Assembly (NCBI RefSeq): GCF_036321535.1
Contig: NC_087436.1
Span: forward strand, 84,446,001 to 84,510,000
DNA from: Camelus dromedarius
Lineage: Eukaryota
Direction of reading: 5' to 3'
Length of the DNA: 64,000 bases
The stretch's first letter is position 1. The number at the start of each line of letters is the position of its first letter. Shown here in pieces: positions 34,801 to 44,500 of the stretch. A model generated the notes under the pieces. The model was not told where the DNA came from and made no database searches. It worked only from the letters and a program-made list of their open reading frames with translations. The translations under genes and the position numbers were made by a program.

Positions 34801-37323
34801 TTCTCCTTGTTTGAGCCTGATTCCACACCATTTGTATTTTGCTACACTGGGAGGACTTTTACTGGCTATAAATCCTGTAGGCATAAAGTAGTGGTTATTG
34901 ATATTATTAGCTATTTTCTTTAATATTTTTAAATTTTTGCTTTGAATTCTGAAAATTTGAAGCAGATTTCAATTAGATATAGTTCATATGTTACTGAATC
35001 AGAATTCATTAAAAATGATTGACATGAAGTCTAAAAAGATGAGAAAATCTAAGTTCTGTGTATGTCTTTTATCAATTTTTTAATTGACAGAATGTTCTCA
35101 GTCCCATCAAGAACTTTGTGTCCATTGTAAGGACAGAGTTTATGTGCTATTTATTTCTTTCTTGGTTGTATTGTTGTTTTTATCTGAGATCTCATAAATG
35201 ATACTTATTAATTTTATAGCTGTGTATATGTGTACTAGCTTTATTTATAATGTCAGCATGCCATTGTAGCATTTTCTGATGTTTCTAGCTTTACCACTAG
35301 ATTTATGAGTTTTTTTTTTATAAAGAGTAATTGATTAATAGAATGATTTAAATGCTATTAATTGCTTTTTGCCCGTGACAGGCTACTGGGAACAGAGTTT
35401 GGGAATATTCATGTGGAAAGCCACTCTTTTCTTCCCCACGGTGTTGCCTACAGTATATTTGCATTGGCTGTGTAGATGGGAATTTACTCTGCTTTACTCA
35501 CTTTGGAGAACAGGTAAGAATTTCTGTTTCTGTTTTACTTATCTTTCTCAAAGGTGTAGTATGTGGTAACAACTGAAGTAAAATTTTAAACATCATTCAG
35601 CTTGTATTGAAAACTAGTTCTGTTTTCATTGTCAAGCCATGGGTTTCTTAATTTTTAATTTTTAAATGATGCTATACCAGATATAAAAGATTCTATCCAA
35701 ACATTGTTTTACTTTTGCCATCCTCGTTCCCCAATTTGAAAATGTTACCAGTTTTTAGCCAACTCTATTATAACTTCTATTCTGGTTATGAAAATTGAAA
35801 GAAACCCCTGCTTTTTCTATAAAAACACGATCTGTTACATAACCCAATTTCCACTGTATAGAGGTTCCAGCTTGAGCTTCTTGATCGGCAGGGTAGGCTC
35901 CATCTGGGATATATGAGGTCTTTTGTTGGGGTCATAGTCTCTATTTTTTAAGTATCCACAAGTGACTATGGCACAGCTTCTACTGTGTTTTTGATTTGGG
36001 GGATTATTTTGTGGACTTGAGAGTGTACTAGCTCTAACATAAGTTGGCCCATTGTAGCCTGGCAGTTTCTTTTGCTCTGTGTGACATTTACTTTGTGGTG
36101 AAATCTTTAAGTTCATTTAATATTTTTTATTTATAAAATAATTTGAATATATTCTCATCTTTGGATTTCTAAAATGTAAGAAGAGGCAACTGCTATTACC
36201 CATCTCCTTTTATTTTCTGTATGAACCAAAAAAAAGTTGATTTTGTCTAAATCAGGGACAGAATTGAGGTTACAAGTCTTATTTCATGAATATGCCCACT
36301 CTTTATTTGATTTTATTTTTTTATTATACTGCTATTAGTATGGATTTGTAAATACTACTTTAGACTTATGCCTTTTCTTCCTTGTGTGTTTTCTTCAAAA
36401 TATTGGCTGACAGGTTTATCAGTAGTTGCTTTGAAATAAGCAAATAGTACATATCTACAGAGTAGACACACAAGCTTTTTTATTTAAAGCTTTAATTTAA
36501 ATTGTTGCACATAAACTTTTCCTCTCAGTGTACTTCTTTCCTTCTTCCTACTTTAGGAAACTAGAATAAGACACAATTTTTAACAAGGTACATTGAAAAC
36601 TCAGTGCAGTTTTATCTTTGAACTCAGTGTCTCTGAACATATTAGTAATAACTTTTGAATGGGTTCAAAATGAATTTTACTTCATAATATGCATGGCAGT
36701 AATAATAGTAAGACATGTAATAATGACACTCTAGTACATTTTATGCTAGATTGTACTACTGGAACAGAGGTCTAATCTGAGTGTGCTACTTTTCAGAGAA
36801 AGCCATTATTTTCTTTATGTATAGCTACCATTCAATAGCCTACATCTCTCACATTTTATTAAGAATTTTATAAAAATTTATTCTACAGAATTGTTGAGAT
36901 GAATGAATTACTTCTGCCTTTATCACCCTTCAGGTATGGAAATTCTCTACCAATGAACCAATATTTTCATCTCCATGTACCTCAGCATCAGAGCAAGAAA
37001 TATTTTTTGGTTCCCATGATTGCTTTATCTACTGTTGTAGTATGAAAGGTCACCTCCAGTGGAAATTTGAAACTACTTCAAGGGTGTATTCAACACCATT
37101 TGCTTTCCATAACCACAATCGTAGCAATGAAATGTTGCTGGCAGCAGCATCTACTGATGGGAAACTATGGATCTTGGAATCTAAGAGTGGACAGTTGCAA
37201 AGTGTGTATCAACTTCCTGGAGAAGTTTTCTCTTCTCCTGTGGTCTGGGAATCAATGCTTATTATTGGATGTAGAAATAATTATGTTTACTGTCTGGATT
37301 TATTGAGTGGCAAACAAAAATAG
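14469..37323 (+). CDS. AASDH: Beta-alanine-activating enzyme (AASDH/ACSF4), NRPS-like adenylation + phosphopantetheine carrier + PQQ-like beta-propeller; join(14469..14698,14791..14911,17858..18177,21926..22118,25144..25385,25764..25870,26396..26568,27030..27222,27883..27998,29203..29998,33413..33576,34754..34876,35382..35513,36934..37323)
   Basis: Fourteen GT-AG-bounded exons sum to 3300 nt (1099 aa plus stop) with consistent phases. Motifs include YVLHTSGTTGTPK (AMP-binding loop), YGITE, TGD, GRKDSQIK and GGDSL (carrier Ser), plus repeated W...SSP propeller blades. Confidence 0.96.
14791..14911 (+). CDS. AASDH: AASDH exon 3
   Basis: Acceptor tttctttag|; ILQVPAAYAPIDPDSPP...QQIN; donor gtaagt; preceding intron is only 92 nt. 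Confidence 0.94.
15009..15228 (-). mobile_element. MER20-like hAT DNA transposon relic
   Basis: tttctcagtctcagcactgttgacattttggg...aggatgtttagca...cagacattgc...gaaccactg; reverse-complement homologue of 16192-16393. Confidence 0.7.
16192..16393 (+). mobile_element. MER20-like hAT DNA transposon relic
   Basis: caatggttcccagctgggcgtgattttgcc...ggcatcta..ggtagaggtcagggatgctg...aaaatgtcagtagtgttgagactgagaaaccctg. Confidence 0.7.
17531..17737. mobile_element. Tigger-derived MITE (MER8-like)
   Basis: Terminal inverted repeats cagttgaccctt ... aaaggtcaactg; preceded by TA, and followed by TA after a 5-nt duplication of aactg. Confidence 0.8.
17858..18177 (+). CDS. AASDH: AASDH exon 4 (AMP-binding motif)
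   Basis: cacatag|KFRSSFETLL...LAYVLHTSGTTGTPKIVRVPH...QHFR; donor gtaagt. Confidence 0.95.
19393..20026 (-). mobile_element. ERV1-type solo LTR with 4-bp TSD, nested in an older LTR
   Basis: TG...CA termini flanked by cctt (19389-19392) and cctt (20027-20030). Confidence 0.75.
19609..19712 (+). mobile_element. Severely 5'-truncated young L1 (3' end only)
   Basis: tgactgaaacattatgctgtacaccagaaactgacacaacattataaactgactatacttcaa plus an A-rich tail; imperfect TSD aaaatgacatac / aaaagacatgc. Confidence 0.7.
20027..20895 (-). mobile_element. MER34-like ERV1 LTR pieces (host elements of the nested insertions; left parts at ~19280-19392)
   Basis: gagaaaagcatacaaatttat..aagttttatgtga..ccttcataaggaatgaagacc and ttcagcttaaaataatc motifs typical of MER34-group LTRs, by recall. 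Confidence 0.55.
21130..21696 (-). mobile_element. ERVL MLT2-like LTR
   Basis: gatttattacaaggaattggcttacac ... acatctacaaaatcccttcacagcagcacctaaattagtgtttgattgaataactggg ... gccaagttgacata. Confidence 0.75.
21926..22118 (+). CDS. AASDH: AASDH exon 5
   Basis: cttag|; VLFEITHEDDLFLASPLTFDPSVVE...VTILQ; donor gtacat. Confidence 0.94.
22793..22828 (+). repeat. (TG)18 microsatellite
   Basis: Perfect dinucleotide run read directly from the sequence. Confidence 0.95.
23270..24760 (+). mobile_element. Old L1 ORF2/3' fragments interrupted by an MLT1 LTR (~24128-24412)
   Basis: RT-region remnants (ggaacaaggcaaggatg, ctctatttgcagacaacatg, similar to LFADDM). The insert has MLT1 motifs ggagccctcatgaatgggattt...cctctaagaactgtgagg..tttctgttgt. 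An L1 3'UTR follows. Confidence 0.7.
25144..25385 (+). CDS. AASDH: AASDH exon 6
   Basis: ctgtag|ATPTLLRRFGSQ...LALGGEAFP...NVYGITEVSSWAT...; donor gtaagt. Confidence 0.94.
25764..25870 (+). CDS. AASDH: AASDH exon 7
   Basis: tcatag|; CELPVQLGFPLLGTVIEVRDTNGFTIQEGIGQVFL; the weak donor G|gttgtt is required by phase. Confidence 0.88.
26396..26568 (+). CDS. AASDH: AASDH exon 8
   Basis: tgaag|; GRYRVCFLDDE...RATGDFV...LGRKDSQIKRHGKRLNVELVQQ; donor gtagaa. Confidence 0.93.
27030..27222 (+). CDS. AASDH: AASDH exon 9
   Basis: ttttatag|IAEGLPEVESCAVTW...LPSHAIPDELVLIDSLPLTSH; donor G|gtaaaa. Confidence 0.93.
27538..27572 (+). pseudogene. RNU2: 3'-truncated U2 snRNA retropseudogene (nt 1-35)
   Basis: ATCGCTTCTCGGCCTTTTGGCTAAGATCAAGTGTA is the U2 5' end as recalled. 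It is flanked by the direct repeat taatcaccatattct (27522-27536, 27571-27585) and lies inside a MIR relic. Confidence 0.93.
27883..27998 (+). CDS. AASDH: AASDH exon 10
   Basis: tttaag|; (G)KIDVSELNKIYLNYINLKSEWKLNGKDELWEKLQHLWK; donor AAG|gtacaa. Confidence 0.92.
28008..28135 (-). mobile_element. tRNA-derived SINE, camelid Vic-1 type, antisense in AASDH intron 10
   Basis: The reverse complement reads GGGGGAGGGTACAGCTCAAGCGGTAGAGCGCATGCTTAGCATGCATGAGGTCCTGAGTTCAATCCC. Perfect 12-bp TSD aaggtacaactt at 27996-28007 and 28136-28147. Confidence 0.92.
29203..29998 (+). CDS. AASDH: AASDH exon 11 (carrier domain GGDSL, start of beta-propeller)
   Basis: ccgtag|SVLNFSEDPLKVPNESLFLNSGGDSLKSIRLL...VGTSVPG...WRSDTGKCVDASP...GNFVVV; donor G|gtaagt; 796 nt. 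Confidence 0.95.
30275..30780 (-). mobile_element. MaLR MLT1-like LTR
   Basis: atttattatctcag..tctgtgggtcaggaattcaggaggagcttagctg...ctgcttccaagatggctcactcac...ggaagaatatcaaagaatttgtggacgtattttaaaaccaccaca. Confidence 0.75.
31295..32330 (-). mobile_element. Old L1 3' portion (L1MB/MC-like)
   Basis: Antisense L1 motifs gagtattccattgtgtggatgtaccacagtttatttatcca and tatattctggatacaag-like. ORF 32057-32248(-) resembles the ORF2p C-terminal region. Confidence 0.75.
32705..32960 (+). mobile_element. MIR SINE relic
   Basis: ctcaaatcctggctctgccactcattagctg...ctctctgtgcttcagttttatcatctataaaatg...gtgaggattacatgagttaatacat. Confidence 0.65.
33413..33576 (+). CDS. AASDH: AASDH exon 12
   Basis: caacag|; CYNGLVYVLKSNSGEQYWMFTTEDAVKSS...GSHDQHAYALDIY; donor gtaaga. 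Confidence 0.94.
34754..34876 (+). CDS. AASDH: AASDH exon 13
   Basis: ttgcag|KKKCVWKLKCGGTVFSSP...LLAINP; donor gtaggc. Confidence 0.93.
35382..35513 (+). CDS. AASDH: AASDH exon 14
   Basis: tgacag|ATGNRVWEYSCGKPLFSSP...THFGEQ; donor gtaaga. Confidence 0.93.
36934..37323 (+). CDS. AASDH: AASDH exon 15 (last coding)
   Basis: cttcag|VWKFSTNEPIFSSP...GEVFSSPVVW...LDLLSGKQK; TAG at 37321-37323. Confidence 0.95.
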   Translation, partial: VWKFSTNEPIFSSPCTSASEQEIFFGSHDCFIYCCSMKGHLQWKFETTSRVYSTPFAFHNHNRSNEMLLAAASTDGKLWILESKSGQLQSVYQLPGEVFSSPVVWESMLIIGCRNNYVYCLDLLSGKQK

Positions 37324-38529
37324 TGCACTCCTTACTAGAATATATCTGTGAGATGTTTGAAAATATTTTATGTTATAGAGGATGCAAATAGTCTTATTTT
37401 ATGTTAAAGATTATATTTTGTTTAAGAAACTTGTCTGTTATGCTTTCTTGGAAAATAACCCTATTTTACTTCCTGTAGGAGCAACAGATGCTTTTAAAAG
37501 GAATTATAGAACAAAACACATCAACATATTAAGTAAGACTTTTTAAATTAGGCTATAGATGTTCTACTTTGGTTTTGTTATAAAAGACCTCAGGGAAGAA
37601 TGATCTGAATATACTTGCTGGGTTAAAAATTTAGTCTGTGAGGTAATCCACCATTCACTCATTTATACTGAGATTCATAACAAACGGTTTTCAAAGATAG
37701 GATTTATTTATCAAATTAGGTTCCTTAATTTAATATTTTTAAATGAACAAAGTACTAATGTGGAATAACATATACACGGTATAGTTTCAAGTGGACACAC
37801 TTTTCTCAATTTTTGATATATGAACTTGGATGGTGAATATTTTTACACCTGTGTTTTTCAATTTATTAGATTTTATTGTTGTAACACTCTTTTTTGTTGT
37901 TCAGTGGCTTGAAGATAGGGAACACGGAAAAAACTAGGAAAGAGAAAAACTGTATATACTTCTAAGTATCATGTTATCTCATAATGCTTTATGTTGCTTC
38001 TTTAGTCCCATAGCACTTTGCTTATACTTCCATTTACCTGGTAGTAAATTGCCCCCAGGGAACTGTATCTCCTCTGCTAGTCATGCCCTTTTTGCAGCCC
38101 CCTTCTCTTATGCCTGGGCTTGATCTATGATTTGCTTTAACCAACAGAATGCAGTGATGGTGACACTGTGCCACTTGTGAGCCTAAACTTCAAGAAGGCC
38201 TGGCATCTTCTGCTTTTATAGCCTAGGGAGCCCTGAGCTGCCACATCAGTCTGGCTGTCTGCTGGAGAAGCCATGGGGTGAGGGAGCCACAAGCTAAGAC
38301 TACACTGAGAAGAGCCACAGGAGCCAGTGAACAGTGACAGCCAAGGATATGTCCCCCAGCATTCCAGCCAACCCCATCTATACTCTGTTGCTGACCTTTC
38401 CCCTAATTGTACAGTCAGCTGCAGTATCATTTCATTTGTCCATTTATTCACCAGTAGAATCTCAATTATCAGACCTGCCAGAGTTCTTGGTTACAAGCAG
38501 TAGAGGTCAATTTGGGCTATTTTAAGCAG

Positions 38530-41500
38530 GATTTGTTTGTTTGTTTGTTTGTTTATTTATTTATATTGAAGTATAGTTAATGTATAATATGTAAGTTATG
38601 ACATAGTGATTCACAAGTTTTAAAGGTTATACTCCATTTATTGTTATTATAAAATATTGGCTATATTCCATGTGTTGTACAATATATCCTTGTAGCTTAT
38701 TTATTTTACACGTAATAGTGTGTATCTCTTAATCCCTTACCACTATCTTGTCCCTCCTCCCTTATTTCTCCCCACTGGTAACCACTAGTTTGTTCTCTAT
38801 ATCTGTGAGTGTATTTCCTTTTTCTTGTATTCACTACTTTTATATTTTTAGATTCCACATATCAGTGATATCATACAGTATTTGTCTTTATCTGTCTGAC
38901 TTATTTCACTTAGCATAATACTTCCAAGTCCAGCCATGTTGTTGCAAATATCAGAATTTCGTTCTTTTTTATGGTTGAGTAGTATTTCATCAAATACATA
39001 TACCACATCTTCTTTATCCATTCATCTGTTGGTGGGCACTTAGGTTGCTTCTGTATCTTGGCAATTGTAAATAATGCTGCTATGAAGATTGGGGTGCATA
39101 TATCTTTTTGAATTAGTGTCTTTATTTTTTATTGGATATATACCCAGGAGTGGAATTGCTGGGTCATATGGTAGATCTGTTTTCAGTTTTCTGAGAAACC
39201 TCCATACTGTTTTTTATAATGGCTACGTCAGTTCCCATCACCACCAACAGTGTACGAGTTTCTCTTTTCTCCACATCCTCGCCAACATTTGTTATTCATG
39301 TTCCTTTTAATGATAGCCACTCTGATAGATGTGAGGTGATATCTCATTAAGGTTTTGATTTGCATTTCCCTGATGATTAGCAATGTTAAGGATCTTTTCA
39401 TCAGCCATCTGCATTTCCTCTTTGGAAAAGTTCCTGTTCAGGCCTTCTGCCCATTTTTTTTTAATTGAAGTATAGTCAGTTATGTTGTGTCAGTTTCTAA
39501 TATACAAGATAATGGCCCAGTCATGCATATATATAGATGCACATATGTTTGTTTACATATTCTTTTTCATTAAAGGTTATTATAAGATACTGAATATAGC
39601 TTCCTGTGCTATACAGAAGAAAAAATTTTCATCTATCTATATAGTGGTTAACATTTGCAAGTCTCAGACTCCCAAATTTATCCCTTCTCACCCCCTTTTC
39701 CCAGTGGCCAAAAGATTATGAGTCTGTTTCTGTTTTGTAGATGAGTTCATAGTGTCTGTCCTTTTTTTTTTAGATTTCACATATGAGTGATATGATATTT
39801 TTCTTTCTCTTTCTGGTGGTGTCTTTATGATTTTCTGTGTATAGTATCATGTCATCTGCAGTGACAGTTGTATCTCTTCCTTTCCAACTTGGATTCCTTT
39901 TATTGTCTGATTGCTGTGGCTAGAGCCTCCAATACTATGTTGAGTTGAAGTAGTGAGCGTGGGCATCCTTGTCTTGTTCCTGAACTTAGAAGAAATGCTT
40001 TCAGCTTTTCACCATTGAGTATGATATTAGCCATGGGTTTGTCGTAAATGGCCTTTATTATGTTGAAGTATGTTCCTACTCTCTGGACAGTTTTTATCAC
40101 AAATGAATATTGAATTTTGTCAAAAGCTTTTTCCATTATCTATTGAGATGATCATGTGGTTTTTATTGTTCAATTTGTTAATGTGGTCTATCACATTGAT
40201 TTGCAGATACTGAAAAATTTTTGCATCCCTGGGATAAATCTTACTTGATCATGGTGTAAGATACTTTTAATGTATTGCTAGACTCAGATTGCTAATATTT
40301 TGTTGAGGATTTTTGCATCTATGTTCATTAGTGATATTGGGTTGTCATTTTCTTTCTTTGTGATATCTGTCTGGTTTTGGTATCACAGTGATTCTGGCTT
40401 TGTAAAATGTGTTCATAAGCCTCCCTTCCTCTGAATTTTTTTTTTTAATATTTTGACAAGAATAGGTGTTAATTCTTCTTTAAATGTTTTGTTGAATTCA
40501 CTTGTGAAGGTATGTGGTCTTGGATTTTGTTTGTTGGGAGTTTTAAAATTACTGATTCAGTTTTGTTGCTGGTGATTGATCTGTTCATATTTTCTATTTC
40601 TTCCTGGTTGAGTCTTGTGAGATTGTACATTTCTAAGAATTTTTCCATTTCTTCTAGGTTGTCTATTTTATTGGCATATAGTTGTTCTTAGTAGTCTCTT
40701 ATGATCTTGCATATTTCTGTAGTGTCAGTTGTAACTTCTCCTTTTTCATTTCTGATTTTATTGATTTGGGCCTTCTTTCCTTTTTTTCTTTATGAGTCTG
40801 AACTAATGAGTCAATTTTTTTATCTTTTCAAAGAAACAGCTTTTAGTCTCATTGATCTTTTCCATTGTTTTTCTTAGTTTCTTTCATTTATTTCTGCTCT
40901 GATCTTTCTTTCCTTCTACTACAGGTTTTATTTGTCCTTCTTTTTCTAGTTTCAGTATAAGTTTAGGTTATTTGTTTGAGATTTCTCTCATTTCCTGAGG
41001 TAAGTTTGTATTGCCATAAACTTCCCTCTTAGAACTGCTTTTGCTGTGTCCCATAGACTTTGGATCATTGTTCATTTTCATTTGTTCCCAGGTTTGTTTG
41101 TTTTTTTTCTCTTTGATTTCTTCAGTGATCCATTGGTTGTTTAGTAGCATATTTTTTCATCTCCATATGTTTGTATTTTTTGCAGTTATTTTCTTGTCTC
41201 ATAGCACTGTGGTTAGAAAAGATGCTTGATATGATTTAAATTTTCTCAAATTTACTGAGGTTTGTTTTGTGGCCTGAAATGTGATCTATCCTGGAGAATG
41301 TTCCTTGTGCACTTGAAAGGAACGTGTATTCTTCTGCTTTTGCATGGAGTGTTCTAAATATATCCATTAAGTGCATATAGTCTGATACGTCATTTAAGGC
41401 TGATGTTTCCTTACGATTTTCTGTCTGGGTGATCTTCCATTGACATAAGTGGGGTGTTAAAGTCCCCTACTATTATTGTGTTACTGTTGATCTCTCTCTT

Positions 41501-44500
41501 TATGTTTGTTAGTATTTGCTTTATGTATTTTGGTGCTCCTATGTTGGTGCTTATATATATTACAATATCTTCTTCTTGGATTGATCCACAGTATAATGAG
41601 TAGTGGCCTTCTTTGTCTCTTGTAACAGTCTTTATATTAATGTCTATTTTGTTAGGTATGAGTATTGCCACTTCACCTTTCTTTGATTTCCATTTGCATG
41701 GAATACCTTTTCCATCCTTTCACTTTCAGTCTGTATGTCTTTAGATGTGAAGTGAGTCGTCTGTAGGCAGGATATATTTGGGTTTTGTTTTTGTATCCGT
41801 TCAGCCACTCTGTGTCTTTTGATTACAGCATTTAGTCTATTTACATTTAAATAACTACTGATATGTATGTTCTTATTGCTATTTTGCTCATTGTTTTGGG
41901 GTTGTTTTTGTAGGTGTTTTTTGTTCATTTTTTCTTCTTTTCTCTTCTCTTGTGTTTTGATAACTGTCTTTAGTGTTATATTTGGATTCCTTTTTTTGTA
42001 TGTATTTATTACAGATTTTTGGCTTGTAGGAAGTTTTGTGGTTTACCATTAAGTTTTTATATGATTGTTTTAAGTTGCTGTTATCTTAATTTCAAATGCA
42101 TTTGAACAATCCTGCATTTGTATTCTCCTCTCCTCACAGTAGTTTTTTGATATCATGTTTTACCTCTAGTTGTTTTGTGTGTCCCTTAACTTCTTATTGT
42201 AGATGTAGATGACTTCACTACTTTTGTCTTTTAACCTCCCTACTAGCTTTGTGTGTAGATGATTTCCTACCTTTACTATATGTTTGCCTTTACCAATGAG
42301 CTTTTTCTTTTTGTAGTTGTGGCCTTTTCTTTTTCATTAAGAGAAGTTCCTTTAACATCTCTTATAAAGCTGGTTTGATGGTTCTGAACTCTTTCAGCTT
42401 TTTCTTGTCTGTAAAGCTTTTGATCTCTCCATCAAATCTGAACAAGAGCCTTGTTGCATAGAGTATTTTTCATTGTAGGTTTTTTCCTTTCATCACTTAA
42501 AATACATTGTGCCACTTCCTTCTGGCCTGTAGAGTTTCTGCTGAAAAAATAAGCTGATAGATAGCCTTATGGGAGTCCCCTTGTATGTTATTTGTTGCTT
42601 TTCCTTTGCTGCTTTTAATATTCTCTTTGTCTTTAATTTTTGCCATTTTAATTACAATGTATTTTCATGTGTTCCTCTTTGGGTCAATCCTGTATAGGAC
42701 TCTCTGTGCTTCCTGGATTTGGATGCCTGTTTCCTTTCCCAGATTAGGGAAGTTTTGAGCTATTATGTCTTCAAATATAGTCTCAGCCCCTTTCTCTCTT
42801 CCTTCTGGGACCCCTATAATGAAAATATTAGTGCACTTGATGTTGTCCTAGAGGTCTCTTATATGGTCCACGTTTCTTTTCATTCTTTTTTCTGTTCAGC
42901 ATGTGATTTCCACTACTCTGTATTCCAGCTCACTGATCCATTTCTCTGTATCATTTGGTCTACTGTTGATTCCTTCTAGTGTATGTTTAATTTCAGTTAT
43001 TGTATTCTTCATCTCTGTTTGCTTCTTTATATTTTCTAATTCTTTGTTTAGAACTTTTAACTTCTCACTCTGTATCCATTCTTTTCGCAAGTTCTCTGAC
43101 CATCTGTACCATCACTACCGTAAACTCTTTCTTGGGTATTTGCCTACCTCACTTCACTTAGTTCTTCTAGGGTTTTATCTTGTTCTTTCATCTGGAACAT
43201 GTTCCTCTGTTGCCACATTTTGCCTAAGTTGCTGGGGGTTTTTTGTGGGGTTTTGTTTTTGTTTTTGTTTTTTTTTGATGAATCTAGTAGGTTGATTATG
43301 TTTCCTGACCTTGGACAAGTAGCATTCTGTGGGAAACATCCTTTGTGTCCCAGCAGTGCCCTCCCCTCTCATCACCTGAGCTATATGCTCTAGGAGGTCC
43401 CACTGTGAGTGCTGTGTGGGTCTTTCTGTTGTGCTGGGCTAACTCTGTAGGCTGTCTAGGCTTGGTTGGCCCCTACCCTAGTCTAGTTGGTTGCCAAGAC
43501 CTGCCCTTTGCAGAGGCTGCTGACTGCAAAACCTCATGGGTCCCAGGGCTAGTGTTGGCTCATTGGTGGGCAGAATCAGGGTCTAGAATACTCCAAGGCT
43601 GTTATTCCCCCCCTTGGTGGGCAAAGCCAAGTCCTGAGGTTAGTGCTGGTCTACTGGCAGGCAGAGCTGAGTCCTAGAGTCTGGTTGCTGGGCCCAAGAG
43701 TTCCAGAGCTGGTGCCAGATTGCTGGTGTGGAGGTGGGGCTGGTTCCCAACACAGTTGCATAAGGGGTCCAGGATGTCCCAAAGCTTGTGTTAGTAGGCA
43801 TGGCCAGTCCTGGGCCTGGGCCCGGCTGGTTGATCCTGTGTGGAACTGTGCACTTCCTGGACTTGGGTGACTGTTTCTTTTCCCAAGTTAGGGGCATTTT
43901 TGGTTATGTTCTTTTCAAAAATTTTCTCAGGTCCCTTCTCTTTCTCTCCTCTTTCTGGGACCCCTGTGATTATTAGTGTGATTATTAGTGTCCCAGAGTT
44001 CTCTTAAACTATTACCATTTCTTTTCATTCTTTTTTCTTTTTTCTGAAGTAGTGATTTCCACTAATCTGTCTTCTAGCTCATTGATCCGTTCTTCTGCCT
44101 CATTTAGTCTGTTCTTGTTTCTTTCTAGTGTGTTATTCATTTCAGTGATTTTTTTCTTCAACTCTGTTTGGGTATTCTTTATACTTTCCAACTCTTTGCT
44201 AAAAACTTTGCTTTGTGCATCTACACTTCTCTTGAGTTTTCTGAAAATCTTCGCTATCATTACTCTAAACTCTTTCTTGGATAAATTGCCTATCTCCTCA
44301 TCACTTAACTTCTTCTGGTATTTTATCTTGTGCCTTGGCCTGGAAGATATTCCTCTGCCACCTCATATTGTCTATCTTGCTATTTGTATTTTTAGGTTGG
44401 TTAGTTATGTTTCTCAGCCTTGAAGAAGTGGCTCTCTGTGGGAGGTGTCCTATGAGTTCTAGCAGTACACTCCTGTCACCCAACGGCCAGCATCCAGCTG

